DNA from: Actinomycetota bacterium
GTDB lineage: Bacteria > Actinomycetota > UBA4738 > CALAEC01
Direction: 5' to 3'
DNA: 44,738 nucleotides
Assembly (NCBI GenBank): GCA_050693275.1
Contig: JBOGWD010000308.1
Span: 1-44,738, forward strand
The notes under the pieces were generated by a model. That model searched no databases, was not told the origin of the DNA, and was given only the letters and a program-made list of their open reading frames with translations. A program made the position numbers and the translations under genes. Position 1 is the stretch's first letter. Each line of letters begins with the position of its first letter. Below are positions 17,546 to 27,266 of the stretch, one piece after another.

Positions 17546-20500
17546 ATGACGAAGAAGCTCAACAGGGAGGAATTCGGCCCCAACACCTGGCTGGTCGAGG
17601 AACTGTACCGCCAGTACCAGGAAGACCCCCAGTCCGTCAGCGAGACGTGGCGGGAGTTCTTCGAGGACTACGTCCCCGGCACCGGCGACGGCCGGGCAGC
17701 GCAGCCGGAGGCGAGGGCGGCCGAAGCCCCGGCGAGTTCGGAGCCGCCCCGAGCCGTCGAGGCGCCCGAGCCTGCGGCGGCGACGCTGTCTGAGCAAGGG
17801 GCCCGGCCGCCCGAGCCCGAGAACGCGGAGCCGCTGACCGGCGCAGCCAAGGTCATCGCAAAGAGGATGGAGGAGTCCCTCGAGGTCCCCACCGCTACCA
17901 GCGTCCGCACCGTCAACGCGAAGCTCCTCGAGGTCAACCGCGGGATCCTCAACAACCACCTGAAGCGCCACCAGGGCGGCAAGATGTCCTTCACCCACGT
18001 CATCGCGTATGCGGTGGTCCGGGCCCTCACCGAGATGCCCGGGATGAACGTCAGCTACGCCGAGCGGGACGGCAAGCCCGCGGTCACCAAGCACGACCAC
18101 GTCAACCTCGGCCTCGCGGTCGACGTGAAGCGAGACGACGGGACCCGCGTCCTCCTGGTCCCCGTGGTCAAGGAGGCCGACACCCTCGACTTCGCCGCCT
18201 TCCACCGGACCTACGAGGAGCTCATCCAGCGGACCAATCGCAACAAGCTCACTCCCGCGGACTTCACCGGTGCCACCCACACCATCACCAACCCGGGGAC
18301 GCTGGGCACCGTCCAGAGCGTGCCGCGGCTGATGCCCGGGCAGGCCGCGATCATCGGCGTGGGAAGGATCGGGTACCCGGCCGAGTTCGCCGGCGCCGAC
18401 GAGGACACCATCGCCGACCTCGGGATGGGAAAGACGCTCACGCTCACCTCCACCTACGACCATCGGGTCATCCAGGGTGCCGAGTCCGGCGAGTTCCTGG
18501 CCCTGGTCGAGGAGCTGCTCCTGGGCAAGGGAGTGTTCTACGAGCGGATCTTCCGGGCCATGCACGTCCCCTACGTGGCGGTGCAGTGGCGCCAGGACGA
18601 ACGTCCCGCCCGGGGCTCCATCGACGAGGCCGAGCAGCACATGCGGCTCCGCCAGCTCATCCAGATGTACCGGGTCCGCGGCCACCTGATCGCCGACCTC
18701 GACCCCCTCGAGCAGCGGGACCCCACGATGCACCCCGAGCTCGACCCGGCGACCTACGGTTTCACCATCTGGGACCTCGACCGGACCTTCGCCACCGGCG
18801 GGTTCGGCCGGCAGCGCGAGATGAAGCTCCGGGACATCCTGGCGATCCTCCGCGACGCCTACTGCCGCACCGCCACCGTCGAGTACATGCACATGCAGGA
18901 CCCCGACCAGAAGGAGTGGATCCAGGAGCACACCGAGGGCGTGGACACCACCATCCCTCGCGAGGACAAGCTCCGGATCCTGTCGAAGCTCGGCGAGGTG
19001 GAGGCCCTGGAGCAGTTCCTCCACAAGCGGTACATGGGCCAGCGCCGGTACAGCCTGGAGGGAAGCGAGTCCCTGATCCCCATCCTCGACGCGGTCCTGT
19101 CGGCCGCCGCCGACCAGGACCTGGTGGAGTCGGTGATCGGGATGTCCCACCGGGGCCGCCTCGACGTGCTGACCTCGATCGTGGGCAAGTCGTACTCCGA
19201 CCTGTTCCGTGAGTTCGAGGGGGCCCTGCCGCTCGACCTCCCCCAGGGTTCCGGCGACGTGAAGTACCACGTGGGCGCGGAGGGGAAGTTCACCGGCGCG
19301 AATGGAAAGGCCATCGTGGTCACGGTGGCCTCCAACCCCTCGCACCTGGAGGCGGTGGACCCGGTGGTCGAGGGGATGGCCCGGGCCAAGCAGGACCTCC
19401 TCGACAAGCCCGAGGAGGCCCCGGTCCTCCCCATCCTCATCCACGGCGACGCCGCGTTCGCCGGCCAGGGCGTGGTGGCCGAGACCCTCAACCTCTCGGC
19501 CCTCCACGGCTTCGGCACCGGTGGGACCGTGCACGTGATCGTGAACAACCAGCTGGGGTTCACCACCGGGTCGGACTACGGACGGTCCAGCACCTACGCC
19601 AGCGACGTGGCCAAGATGGTCCAGGCCCCCATCTGGCACGTCAACGGCGACGACCCCGAGGCGTGCGTCCGGGCGGCCCGCCTGGCCTTCGAGTTCCGGC
19701 AGCGGTTCAAGAAGGACGTGGTCATCGACATGTGGTGCTACCGCAAGTGGGGTCACAGCGAGGGCGACGACCCCTCGTTCACCCAACCTCTCATGTACCG
19801 GAAGATCAAGGACCTCCGCACGATCCGGAAGCGCTACGTGGAGCACCTGGTCAACCGGGGCGACCTCACCGTCGAGGAGGCCCAGGAGGCCCTGGCCGAG
19901 TTCAAGCGCCGCCTGGACCGGGCCTTCGACGAGATCCCCCGGGAGGAGAAGGAGGTCCCGTCGAAGGTCGAGCGCCAGGAGCCGGAGCCCTTCCAGCCGA
20001 AGCCGGTGGAGACGGCCGTGGACCGGGAGGCGCTCCAGGGCATCCTCGAGGCCATCACCGAGGTGCCCGAGGGGTTCCACGTCCACGAGAAGCTGGCCAA
20101 GGGGCTGGAGCAGCGCCGGACCCAGCTCGACCAGGACGCCGTGGACTGGGCCACGGCCGAGGCCCTGGCCTTCGGGTCGGTGGTGAGGGAGGGGCGGACG
20201 GTCCGCCTCTCCGGCCAGGACTCCCGGCGGGGCACGTTCAGCCAGCGCCACTCGGTCCTGGTGGACCAGGAGACGGGCCGGGAGTACACGCCCCTGACCG
20301 CGGCCGAGGACAGCGGCGGCCGGTTCTTCATCTACGACAGCCTGCTCAGCGAGTTCGCCGTGATGGGCTTCGAGTACGGCTACTCCGTGGCCGCGCCCGA
20401 CGCGCTGGTGCTGTGGGAGGCCCAGTTCGGCGACTTCATCAACGAGGCCCAGGTGGTGGTGGACCTGATGGTGGCCGCCGGCGAGGACAAGTGGGGCCAG

Positions 20501-21142
20501 ACCAACGGGCTGGTCCTGCTGCTCCCCCACGGGTTCGAGGGCCAGGGCCCCGACCACAGCAGTGCCAGGCTGGAACGGTTCCTCCAGCTGGCGGCGGAGG
20601 ACAACATGCAGGTGGTGGTGCCGTCCAGGCCCTCCCAGTACTTCCACGCGCTCCGGCGGCAGGCCATCCGCGAGCGGAAGAAGCCGCTGATCGTGTTCAC
20701 GCCGAAGTCGCTGCTGCGGATGAAGGAGACGTTCAGCCAGGCCGCGGCGCTGACGGAGGGCCGGTTCCAGCCGGTCCTGGCCGACCCCAGCCCACCCGAC
20801 AACCCCCGCCGCGTGGTCCTGTGCCAGGGCAAGTTCTTCTGGGACCTGTTCAGGGCCCGGAAGGACGAGCCGGTGGCCCTGACGAGAATCGAGGAGGTCT
20901 ATCCGTTCCCGAAGGCCGAGCTCCAGGAAGTGCTCAAGCGGTACCAGGGCGCCGAGATCGTGTGGGCCCAGGAGGAGCCGGAGAACATGGGGAGCTGGCA
21001 CTTCATGGAACGCATGTGCCGCCGGGAGCTGGGCTTGGAGCTCAAGGTCGTGGCCCGCGAGGAGAGCGCCAGCCCCGCCTCGGGCAGCATGGCCATCCAC
21101 CAACAGGAGCAGGAGGAGCTCACCCGAACCGCCCTCGGCTAG
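17546..21142 (+). CDS. kgd: 2-oxoglutarate dehydrogenase E1 / multifunctional Kgd with an E2-like acyltransferase N-terminal region
   Basis: 1198 aa. N-terminus FGPNTWLVEELYRQYQEDPQSV; acyltransferase-like DHRVIQGAESGEF; E1 motifs HRGRLDVL, GDVKYH, HGDAAFAGQGVV, EAQFGDF, LLPHGFEGQGPDHSS. Confidence 0.95.
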   Translation: MTKKLNREEFGPNTWLVEELYRQYQEDPQSVSETWREFFEDYVPGTGDGRAAQPEARAAEAPASSEPPRAVEAPEPAAATLSEQGARPPEPENAEPLTGAAKVIAKRMEESLEVPTATSVRTVNAKLLEVNRGILNNHLKRHQGGKMSFTHVIAYAVVRALTEMPGMNVSYAERDGKPAVTKHDHVNLGLAVDVKRDDGTRVLLVPVVKEADTLDFAAFHRTYEELIQRTNRNKLTPADFTGATHTITNPGTLGTVQSVPRLMPGQAAIIGVGRIGYPAEFAGADEDTIADLGMGKTLTLTSTYDHRVIQGAESGEFLALVEELLLGKGVFYERIFRAMHVPYVAVQWRQDERPARGSIDEAEQHMRLRQLIQMYRVRGHLIADLDPLEQRDPTMHPELDPATYGFTIWDLDRTFATGGFGRQREMKLRDILAILRDAYCRTATVEYMHMQDPDQKEWIQEHTEGVDTTIPREDKLRILSKLGEVEALEQFLHKRYMGQRRYSLEGSESLIPILDAVLSAAADQDLVESVIGMSHRGRLDVLTSIVGKSYSDLFREFEGALPLDLPQGSGDVKYHVGAEGKFTGANGKAIVVTVASNPSHLEAVDPVVEGMARAKQDLLDKPEEAPVLPILIHGDAAFAGQGVVAETLNLSALHGFGTGGTVHVIVNNQLGFTTGSDYGRSSTYASDVAKMVQAPIWHVNGDDPEACVRAARLAFEFRQRFKKDVVIDMWCYRKWGHSEGDDPSFTQPLMYRKIKDLRTIRKRYVEHLVNRGDLTVEEAQEALAEFKRRLDRAFDEIPREEKEVPSKVERQEPEPFQPKPVETAVDREALQGILEAITEVPEGFHVHEKLAKGLEQRRTQLDQDAVDWATAEALAFGSVVREGRTVRLSGQDSRRGTFSQRHSVLVDQETGREYTPLTAAEDSGGRFFIYDSLLSEFAVMGFEYGYSVAAPDALVLWEAQFGDFINEAQVVVDLMVAAGEDKWGQTNGLVLLLPHGFEGQGPDHSSARLERFLQLAAEDNMQVVVPSRPSQYFHALRRQAIRERKKPLIVFTPKSLLRMKETFSQAAALTEGRFQPVLADPSPPDNPRRVVLCQGKFFWDLFRARKDEPVALTRIEEVYPFPKAELQEVLKRYQGAEIVWAQEEPENMGSWHFMERMCRRELGLELKVVAREESASPASGSMAIHQQEQEELTRTALG

Positions 21143-21957
21143 CCGCTCTTGACGCCCCAGGCGAACACGGCCACCTGAGGATCGGTGAAGCTCTCCGGCG
21201 GGAGTCCGGCCAGCCGCTCTCTGGCCCGGGCCACAACCTCCGTGCGGACCTCGGGAGCGAGCGACTCGAACCGGCACCTCGACCGGCCGAGGCGGGTCCG
21301 CACCTCGAGGAACTCCTCGACGGTCATGGGTTGAGGCTCCCGGTCGATGGCCGTGCGGACGTCCCGGAAGCCGGCGTCCTCGAGGAGCGCCGCCAGCTTG
21401 TCGGGAGTGTCCATGAGGCCGAGCTTCGAAGGACTGGGGTCCGGGACGGCACCGTGCTCGTCGAGGAGGTCAGCCCACACGCCGTCGGCCCGGAAGTCAT
21501 TGGCGTCTGCCTCCCAGGTGGCTACGCCGAGCCCCCCGCCGGGGCGGAGGACACGGCGGGCCTCGGCCAGGCCGTGGGGAGGGTCGGGGAGGAAGAACAG
21601 CATGAACGGCATCACGGCGGCGTCAACGGAGGCATCCCGGAGGGCCATGCGCCCGGCGTCCATGACGGCCCGGCCGAAGTCCCGGGGCGCCCGCCGGATC
21701 ATCCCCTCGGCCGCGTCGACCCCGGCCACGTACGCCCTGGGCGCGGCCTCCCGGATGGCAGGTAGGAGCGCGCCGACCCCGGCGCCGATGTCGACGGCCA
21801 CCGAGGCCCCTTCGAGTGGCAGCCCCGCCAGGAGCCGCTGCCCCAGCCTGGCCATCGACACCGCCCAGAACCGTTCGTAGAGCGGGGCGTCCTGGGAGAA
21901 GCGGCCGGCCACCGGGGCGACGTGGTCGCGTTCCACGAGGGGAGTATCCGCTACCAT
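21139..21957 (-). CDS. Class I SAM-dependent methyltransferase
   Basis: VAVDIGAGVGALLP motif I. ATG at 21957. Its stop shares CTAG with the kgd stop. Confidence 0.8.
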   Translation of the reverse strand: MVADTPLVERDHVAPVAGRFSQDAPLYERFWAVSMARLGQRLLAGLPLEGASVAVDIGAGVGALLPAIREAAPRAYVAGVDAAEGMIRRAPRDFGRAVMDAGRMALRDASVDAAVMPFMLFFLPDPPHGLAEARRVLRPGGGLGVATWEADANDFRADGVWADLLDEHGAVPDPSPSKLGLMDTPDKLAALLEDAGFRDVRTAIDREPQPMTVEEFLEVRTRLGRSRCRFESLAPEVRTEVVARARERLAGLPPESFTDPQVAVFAWGVKSG

Positions 21958-21969
21958 GACCCGAGCTTC

Positions 21970-22254
21970 ATGTCGACCTTCGAGGAACTCGACAAGCTGA
22001 GCACGAAGGACCTCCGCGACAGGGCGTTCCGCGTCGCCAGGCACCGCCTCGACGTCGGCTTCTTCTGGGGGCTCGTCGAGTACGCGCCCGTGGCCGAGGC
22101 CATCGGCGGACACACTCGGCACGCCCAGGCGGACGTGCTCAGCCTCTCCGCCACGGTGGAGGACGCCATCGATTCAGGCGAGAACGAGGTCGAGGATGCC
22201 CTCCGGCCCATCTACATCGACTACCTGCTGAAGCACGAACCCGACGAGAAGTAA
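21970..22254 (+). CDS. Conserved hypothetical 94-aa protein (copy 1 of 2)
   Basis: ATG 21970, TAA stop. A paralog lies at 30613. Fifteen of the 35 differing codons are synonymous, which supports real coding. Confidence 0.7.
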   Translation: MSTFEELDKLSTKDLRDRAFRVARHRLDVGFFWGLVEYAPVAEAIGGHTRHAQADVLSLSATVEDAIDSGENEVEDALRPIYIDYLLKHEPDEK

Positions 22255-22274
22255 GCCCCGGAGATCCTCTACCC

Positions 22275-22292
22275 GGCCCGTGGAAGCGGGCC
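22275..22292 (+). terminator. Weak GC hairpin after the 94-aa gene
   Basis: GGCCCG-tggaag-CGGGCC, with no T-tract. Confidence 0.25.
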
Positions 22293-22418
22293 CGCTTCAC
22301 GACAGCCCGTTTGGCGGTGGTTCCGCCGACTCGCGTCCCGAGCTCCCCTACATCCGGATCACCGTCGCAGGGGGTTCTGATTCACGAACGACCTGTCACT
22401 CGCGAGCGCTTTGGCCGC

Positions 22419-23138
22419 TCAGCGGTCGGGGCCAGTCGTGCGCCGCTGCTCCAGACGCACCCGTTGTTCGATGGCCCGGATCGGTCCCTCGAAGTGCCGG
22501 CGGACCGCCTCGATGGCTCCGTCCAGGTCTCGATCCCCGAGGGAGTCGAGCATCTCCCCGTGCTGGCGGCCGAGATCCTCGGGGTCCGCCCCCCACTGCA
22601 GGGCCAGACGCCGGTAGCGCTCCGTGTGATCCCAGATCGTGCCGATCACGTGGAGGAGCCATGTGGAGCCCGCCTTCTCGTAGAACAGGAAGTGCAGCCG
22701 GCGGTGCGCCTCGTGTCCCTCGTCGGCGGCGCCCTCGGCCAGGAGCCGGGTCATCCCGTCCTTCAGCCTCCGGGCCTGCTCCAGGTCGTCGTCGGTGAGG
22801 TTCGGCAGGCACAGACGGACCGCCTCCACCTCGAGGATCGTCCGGAGGCGATAGGCGTCCGCCAGGTCAGGGAAGGAGAGCTCGGCCACCCGAGCGCCCT
22901 TGTTGGCCACCGACTCCACCAGCCGCTCCGCCTCGAGGCGCCGGAGGGCCTCCCGGACCGGGATCGCGCTCACCCCGCTCCGCTCGGCCAGATCCTGCAT
23001 CCGCAGCGGCGACCCGGGAGCGTACTCGCCCCGGAGGATGGCGGCCCGGGTCAGGCGGTAGACGTGCTCGACCGCGGAGATCCCTTCGTCGCCGGCCTCC
23101 CGACGGATGGGGCGCTCGCTTGACTCAGAGGAAGTCAT
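22419..23138 (-). CDS. GntR-family transcriptional regulator, FadR/FCD subfamily
   Basis: Winged HTH: LRMQDLAERSGVSAIPVREALRRLEAERLVE. All-helical C-terminal domain containing His residues. ATG at 23138. Confidence 0.88.
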   Translation of the reverse strand: MTSSESSERPIRREAGDEGISAVEHVYRLTRAAILRGEYAPGSPLRMQDLAERSGVSAIPVREALRRLEAERLVESVANKGARVAELSFPDLADAYRLRTILEVEAVRLCLPNLTDDDLEQARRLKDGMTRLLAEGAADEGHEAHRRLHFLFYEKAGSTWLLHVIGTIWDHTERYRRLALQWGADPEDLGRQHGEMLDSLGDRDLDGAIEAVRRHFEGPIRAIEQRVRLEQRRTTGPDR

Positions 23139-23164
23139 ATCGTATATGATTCCGCATATTATAT
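23135..23164. promoter_or_regulatory. AT-rich divergent promoter/operator between the GntR gene and the DUF1989 operon
   Basis: TCATAT-cgt-ATATGA at 23135-23149 and ATAT-t-ATAT at 23156-23164. They sit in a 44-bp AT-rich island within an otherwise GC-rich sequence. Confidence 0.5.
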
Positions 23165-23182
23165 AGAGCACCAGGGGGAGAC

Positions 23183-23809
23183 ATGACCACGGACCTGACC
23201 GAACTGCCCTCGCCCCCCATCCGGGACGACATCGTGCCGGCCCGCGGATACGCCGCCTTCGACATGGAGAAGGGGCGGACGGTCCGGATCGAGGACGTGG
23301 AGGGGCAGCAGGCCGTCGACCTCATCTGCTACAACCGCCACAACCTGGCCGAGAAGTTCTGGGCCGCCCACACCGCGAAGGTGAGCGGGACCATCTACAT
23401 CACCACCGGACACGTCCTGTACTCCGACCTGGCCAACCCGATGATGACCATCGTCGAGGACACCGTCGGTGTCAACGACCTCATCTGCGGGTCGTGCTCG
23501 CTGCCGCTGGACATCCTCCGGTACGGGAAGGACAGGGCCATGCCCGGGTGCATGGAGAACTTCGCGCTCTCCATCCGGCCGTGGGGGCTGGAGCGGAAGG
23601 ACATCCCCATGTGCTTCAACATCTTCCTCGACTACCCGGTCCAGGACGAGGGGCGCGTGGCCATCGACAAGGACCCCGTGTCCAGGCCCGGCGACCACAT
23701 TGACCTCCGGGCGGACATGGACCTGCTGGTGGCGATCTCCGCTTGCCCCCAGGAGAACAACCCGTGTAACGGCTTCAACCCCACCCCCATCCGGGTGGCC
23801 GTGTACTGA
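23183..23809 (+). CDS. DUF1989 (urea-carboxylase-associated) family protein
   Basis: IVPARGYAAFDMEKGRTVRIEDVEGQQAVDL...; RBS GGGGGAG. Confidence 0.65.
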   Translation: MTTDLTELPSPPIRDDIVPARGYAAFDMEKGRTVRIEDVEGQQAVDLICYNRHNLAEKFWAAHTAKVSGTIYITTGHVLYSDLANPMMTIVEDTVGVNDLICGSCSLPLDILRYGKDRAMPGCMENFALSIRPWGLERKDIPMCFNIFLDYPVQDEGRVAIDKDPVSRPGDHIDLRADMDLLVAISACPQENNPCNGFNPTPIRVAVY

Positions 23810-23825
23810 CCGAGAGGAGGACGAG

Positions 23826-24851
23826 ATGAGACGCTCCTGGTTCAGGACCGCGGCGCTGCTCGGCGCCGTCGCACTCACCGGCGCGTCGTGCGCCGGCGAG
23901 GCGGAGGAGGCCGGCGGGGACGGCGGAAGGCCGACCGTGGTGTTCCAGGGATTCCCCGCCGACCCCGCGGCGCTCCCCCTGCTGGCCATGCAGGAGGAGG
24001 GCTTCGACGAGGAGAACGGGTTCGTCGGCGAGTACCTGGCGGTGGACCCCGACGCGGCCACCAACACCTTCCTGATCGGCGAGAGCGACATCGCCATGGA
24101 GCAGGACGGGATCAACATGACCATCGTGCAGCAGGAGGGCCACCAGGCCGTCCTGTTCGCCCCCGGCCTCAACATGATGACCGGGATCGTGGTCGCCGAG
24201 GATTCCCCGTACCAGGATCCCACCGACCTGGTCGGGGAGCGGGTCGGGCACTTCGGGGTGGACTCCGGGACCACCTCGACGATCGCCCTGATGCTCCAGG
24301 AGATCTACGGCCTCGACGTGCTCACCGAGTACGACCTGCGGGAGACCGGCCCCGAGGCCCTCCCCGAGCTGCTCAAGAGCGGCGAGGTCGAGGCCATCTT
24401 CGACTTCGAGCCGCTGGCCCTCCGGGCGGTGCTGGAGACGCCGGGGCGGTACCTGTTCGAGCCCGCCAAGGCGTGGGCCGAGCACACCGGCGGGTGGTCG
24501 CCGTGGCTGACCAACCTGGCCGCCCGGGAGGACTGGCTGGCGGAGAACGAGGACGTCGCCGTCGGCATCCGGGACGCCTGGATGGCGGGCATCGAGGTCC
24601 TGGTGGAGTCGAACTACGAGCTCCTCCGGGAGGAGCCGTACAAGTCGTTCCTGGAGCTGAAGAGCGACGAGGAGCTGGAGGCGTTCATCGACTACTGCGT
24701 GGACCTCCCCTGCTTCGGGACCACCTGGACCGAGGAGGACATCCAGGGCCTCAACGAGTACCTCGAGCTCTTCGCCCAGCACGGCATCCTGATCGAGGAG
24801 ACCGCGGAGGAGCCGGTGGCGGTGATCCTGGAGGACTACTTCGGGGAGTAG
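23826..24851 (+). CDS. ABC transporter substrate-binding lipoprotein (NitT/TauT, NMT1-like)
   Basis: Lipobox LTGASC after a signal peptide; RBS GAGGAGG. First gene of the transporter set. Confidence 0.75.
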   Translation: MRRSWFRTAALLGAVALTGASCAGEAEEAGGDGGRPTVVFQGFPADPAALPLLAMQEEGFDEENGFVGEYLAVDPDAATNTFLIGESDIAMEQDGINMTIVQQEGHQAVLFAPGLNMMTGIVVAEDSPYQDPTDLVGERVGHFGVDSGTTSTIALMLQEIYGLDVLTEYDLRETGPEALPELLKSGEVEAIFDFEPLALRAVLETPGRYLFEPAKAWAEHTGGWSPWLTNLAAREDWLAENEDVAVGIRDAWMAGIEVLVESNYELLREEPYKSFLELKSDEELEAFIDYCVDLPCFGTTWTEEDIQGLNEYLELFAQHGILIEETAEEPVAVILEDYFGE

Positions 24852-24864
24852 GCTCCGCCTGAGC

Positions 24865-25656
24865 ATGGAGCGGAGGCGCTCGCAGGGGCTCGACCTCGCC
24901 CTGGGGGGGCTGGGCCTGGGCTCGCTGGTCCTCCTCTACTGGGTGGGCAGTCGGACGACCACGTTCGTGCCTCCCATCGGCGATGTCCTCTCCCAGATTC
25001 CGGTCTTCCTCTCGGAGGACGAGGTCTGGCCCGACGTCACGGCCACGGTGCGCCGCGTGTTCGGGGCCCTGGCCATCGCCATGGTGGCGGGGTTCCTGGC
25101 AGCCTCCGTCATGTCCCGGGGGCGGTTGTGGGGCCGGGTGATCGACCGCTACGTGAGCCTGATGCTGGGGATCCCCAGCACGATCGCCGCGCTCCTGGCC
25201 CTGTTCATCTTCAAGCGGTCGGAGGTCGGAGTGTACTTCGTAGTGGCCATCATCACGTTCCCGTTCGTGGCCCTGACCCTGCTCCAGGGCCTCCGGGCCG
25301 CCGACCGCCGGCTGGACGAGATGAGCCAGGTGTACCGGTTGGGACAGGTGGCCCACGCCCGCCACGTGGCCGGCCCCCACCTGGTCCCGTACACATTCGC
25401 CGCCCTGCGGAACGAGTACGCCCACGCTTGGAAGGTGGTGGTGCTGGCGGAGCTGTTCGCCGTGAACACGGGGATGGGGGCCCGGTTCGCCCGGGCATTC
25501 GACCGGTTCCTGCTGGTCGACGCGATGCTGTGGCTGCTCCTGTTCATGCTGATCCTGCTGGGGACCGAGTACCTGCTGCTGCTCCCGGCGGAGCGGCGGA
25601 TCCTGCGGTGGCGGGCCTCGGCCCGGGAGGCCGCGGCCGGGGAGGCCGTGGCGTGA
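24865..25656 (+). CDS. ABC transporter permease
   Basis: Six hydrophobic segments and an EAA-like loop (LRAADRRLDEMSQVYRLG). Confidence 0.85.
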   Translation: MERRRSQGLDLALGGLGLGSLVLLYWVGSRTTTFVPPIGDVLSQIPVFLSEDEVWPDVTATVRRVFGALAIAMVAGFLAASVMSRGRLWGRVIDRYVSLMLGIPSTIAALLALFIFKRSEVGVYFVVAIITFPFVALTLLQGLRAADRRLDEMSQVYRLGQVAHARHVAGPHLVPYTFAALRNEYAHAWKVVVLAELFAVNTGMGARFARAFDRFLLVDAMLWLLLFMLILLGTEYLLLLPAERRILRWRASAREAAAGEAVA

Positions 25657-26480
25657 AGCGGGAGGGCACGGTGGCGCCCGGCCGCACCCGCGACTACATC
25701 CGGGTGGAGGGGCTGCGGGTCTCCTACGACCGGGAGAACACCGCCATCGAGGACCTGGACATGGTGGTGGGGAAGGGCGAGTTCGTGGCCGTCCTCGGGC
25801 CCAGCGGCTGCGGGAAGTCCACGCTGCTCCACGTCATGGCCGGCCTGCTCCGGCCCGACGCCGGCCGGATCGACATCGGGGGCCGGCCGGTGGAGGGGAC
25901 GGCCGACGGCGAGGCGCCCCGGATCGGGTACGTGTTCCAGGACCACCGGCTCCTGCCGTGGCGCACGGTGGCCCAGAACCTCCGGACGGTGCTCCGGTCG
26001 GCCGGGGTCCCTCCGGAGGAGATCGAGGAGCGCATCGACCGGTACCTGGGGATGCTCCACATCGAACGGTTCCGGGACACCTGGCCGATGCGGCTGTCGG
26101 GGGGCCAGCGCCAGCGGGTGTCGATCGCCCGGGCCCTGGCCATCCACCCGGCGGTGGTCCTCATGGACGAGCCGTTCAGCACCCTGGACGAGGTCACCGC
26201 CCGCCTGATGCGCCAGCAGCTGGCCCAGCTGTGGCAGGAGAGCGGCCAGACCATCGTGTTCGTGACCCACTCGATCCGGGAGGCCCTGTTCCTGGCCGAC
26301 CGGATCTACATCCTGACCCGGGGGCCGGCCCGGGTGTTCGACGTGGTCACGGTGCCGATCGACCGTCCCCGGGGCTACGAGGACCCCCGGCTCACCGAGC
26401 TCGAGGGCCAGATCGTGGACCGGGTGATGGAGGTCTGGGGGTACGGCGCCGTCGACGTGCCCACGGACGGGGAGGGCTAG
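25653..26480 (+). CDS. ABC transporter ATP-binding protein
   Basis: GPSGCGKST (Walker A), LSGGQRQRVSIARAL (signature), VLMDEPFSTLD (Walker B). GTGA overlap with the permease stop. Confidence 0.92.
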   Translation: MKREGTVAPGRTRDYIRVEGLRVSYDRENTAIEDLDMVVGKGEFVAVLGPSGCGKSTLLHVMAGLLRPDAGRIDIGGRPVEGTADGEAPRIGYVFQDHRLLPWRTVAQNLRTVLRSAGVPPEEIEERIDRYLGMLHIERFRDTWPMRLSGGQRQRVSIARALAIHPAVVLMDEPFSTLDEVTARLMRQQLAQLWQESGQTIVFVTHSIREALFLADRIYILTRGPARVFDVVTVPIDRPRGYEDPRLTELEGQIVDRVMEVWGYGAVDVPTDGEG

Positions 26481-26483
26481 CCG

Positions 26484-27266
26484 GTGGCGGTCGGGACGGC
26501 GCGGGTCGGCCTGTTCGGCCCGGAGCGCATCCGCCGGGCCCAGGCCTTCGCGGTGGCCTCGCTCCTGGCCCTGGGCGTGTGGCAGCTGGCCACGCGCATC
26601 TCCGACGGCTGGGTACCCTCGCTGGCCGAGATCGGTGTGGCCTTCGCCGAGGACGTAACCACCCCCAGCGTGTACGGGGAGATGTGGATCACGTTCAAGC
26701 GGATCCTGATCGCCTTCGCCGGGGCCACCACGGTGGGGATCGCCCTGGGGGTGGCCATGGGCCTGAGCCGGCGGGTCTCCGCGTTCTTCCGCCCCATCAT
26801 GGTCCTGGGGCTGGCCGTGCCCGACCCCGTGTACATCATCGTGGCCATCCTGGTGCTGGGCACGGACGAGTCATCGGGGCTGATCGCCATGATCGTGGCC
26901 CTGATCCCATTCGTGGTGAACATCGTGGTCAGCGGGGTCCGCAGCCGGGACCGGGGGCTCGACGAGATGAGCTCGGTGTACCGTCTGGGGCGCCGTCGGT
27001 ACCTCATCGACGTGGTGGCCCGTCAGGTGGCCCCGGCGCTGATGGCGGCGACCCGGACCTGCTTCGCCTTCTCCTGGAAGCTGGTGGTCCTGGTGGAGGC
27101 CCTCAGCCAGCCCCGGGGGATCGGGGCCCAGATCTACCTGTCCTTCCGCCTCCTGCGCCCCGACCACATGATCGCCCTGGCCCTGATGTTCATCCTGGTG
27201 CTCCGGGCCGTGGAGGCCCTGGTGTTCGCGCCCGTCGAGCGGCGGGTCCTGGCCTGGATGCGATGA
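26484..27266 (+). CDS. ABC transporter permease (second)
   Basis: Polytopic membrane protein with EAA-like loop VRSRDRGLDEMSSVYRLG. Confidence 0.85.
   Translation: MAVGTARVGLFGPERIRRAQAFAVASLLALGVWQLATRISDGWVPSLAEIGVAFAEDVTTPSVYGEMWITFKRILIAFAGATTVGIALGVAMGLSRRVSAFFRPIMVLGLAVPDPVYIIVAILVLGTDESSGLIAMIVALIPFVVNIVVSGVRSRDRGLDEMSSVYRLGRRRYLIDVVARQVAPALMAATRTCFAFSWKLVVLVEALSQPRGIGAQIYLSFRLLRPDHMIALALMFILVLRAVEALVFAPVERRVLAWMR

Noticed and set aside
21139-21142. kgd and the convergent methyltransferase share a palindromic CTAG containing both stop codons.
   Set aside because: This is a neat but trivial consequence of convergent gene packing, with no functional implication.
17438-21277. 1279-aa ORF on the minus strand, opposite kgd.
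   Set aside because: It is an antisense shadow of a strongly conserved gene in GC-rich DNA. The sequence is R/G/P/L-rich, carries no motifs and has no plausible start context.
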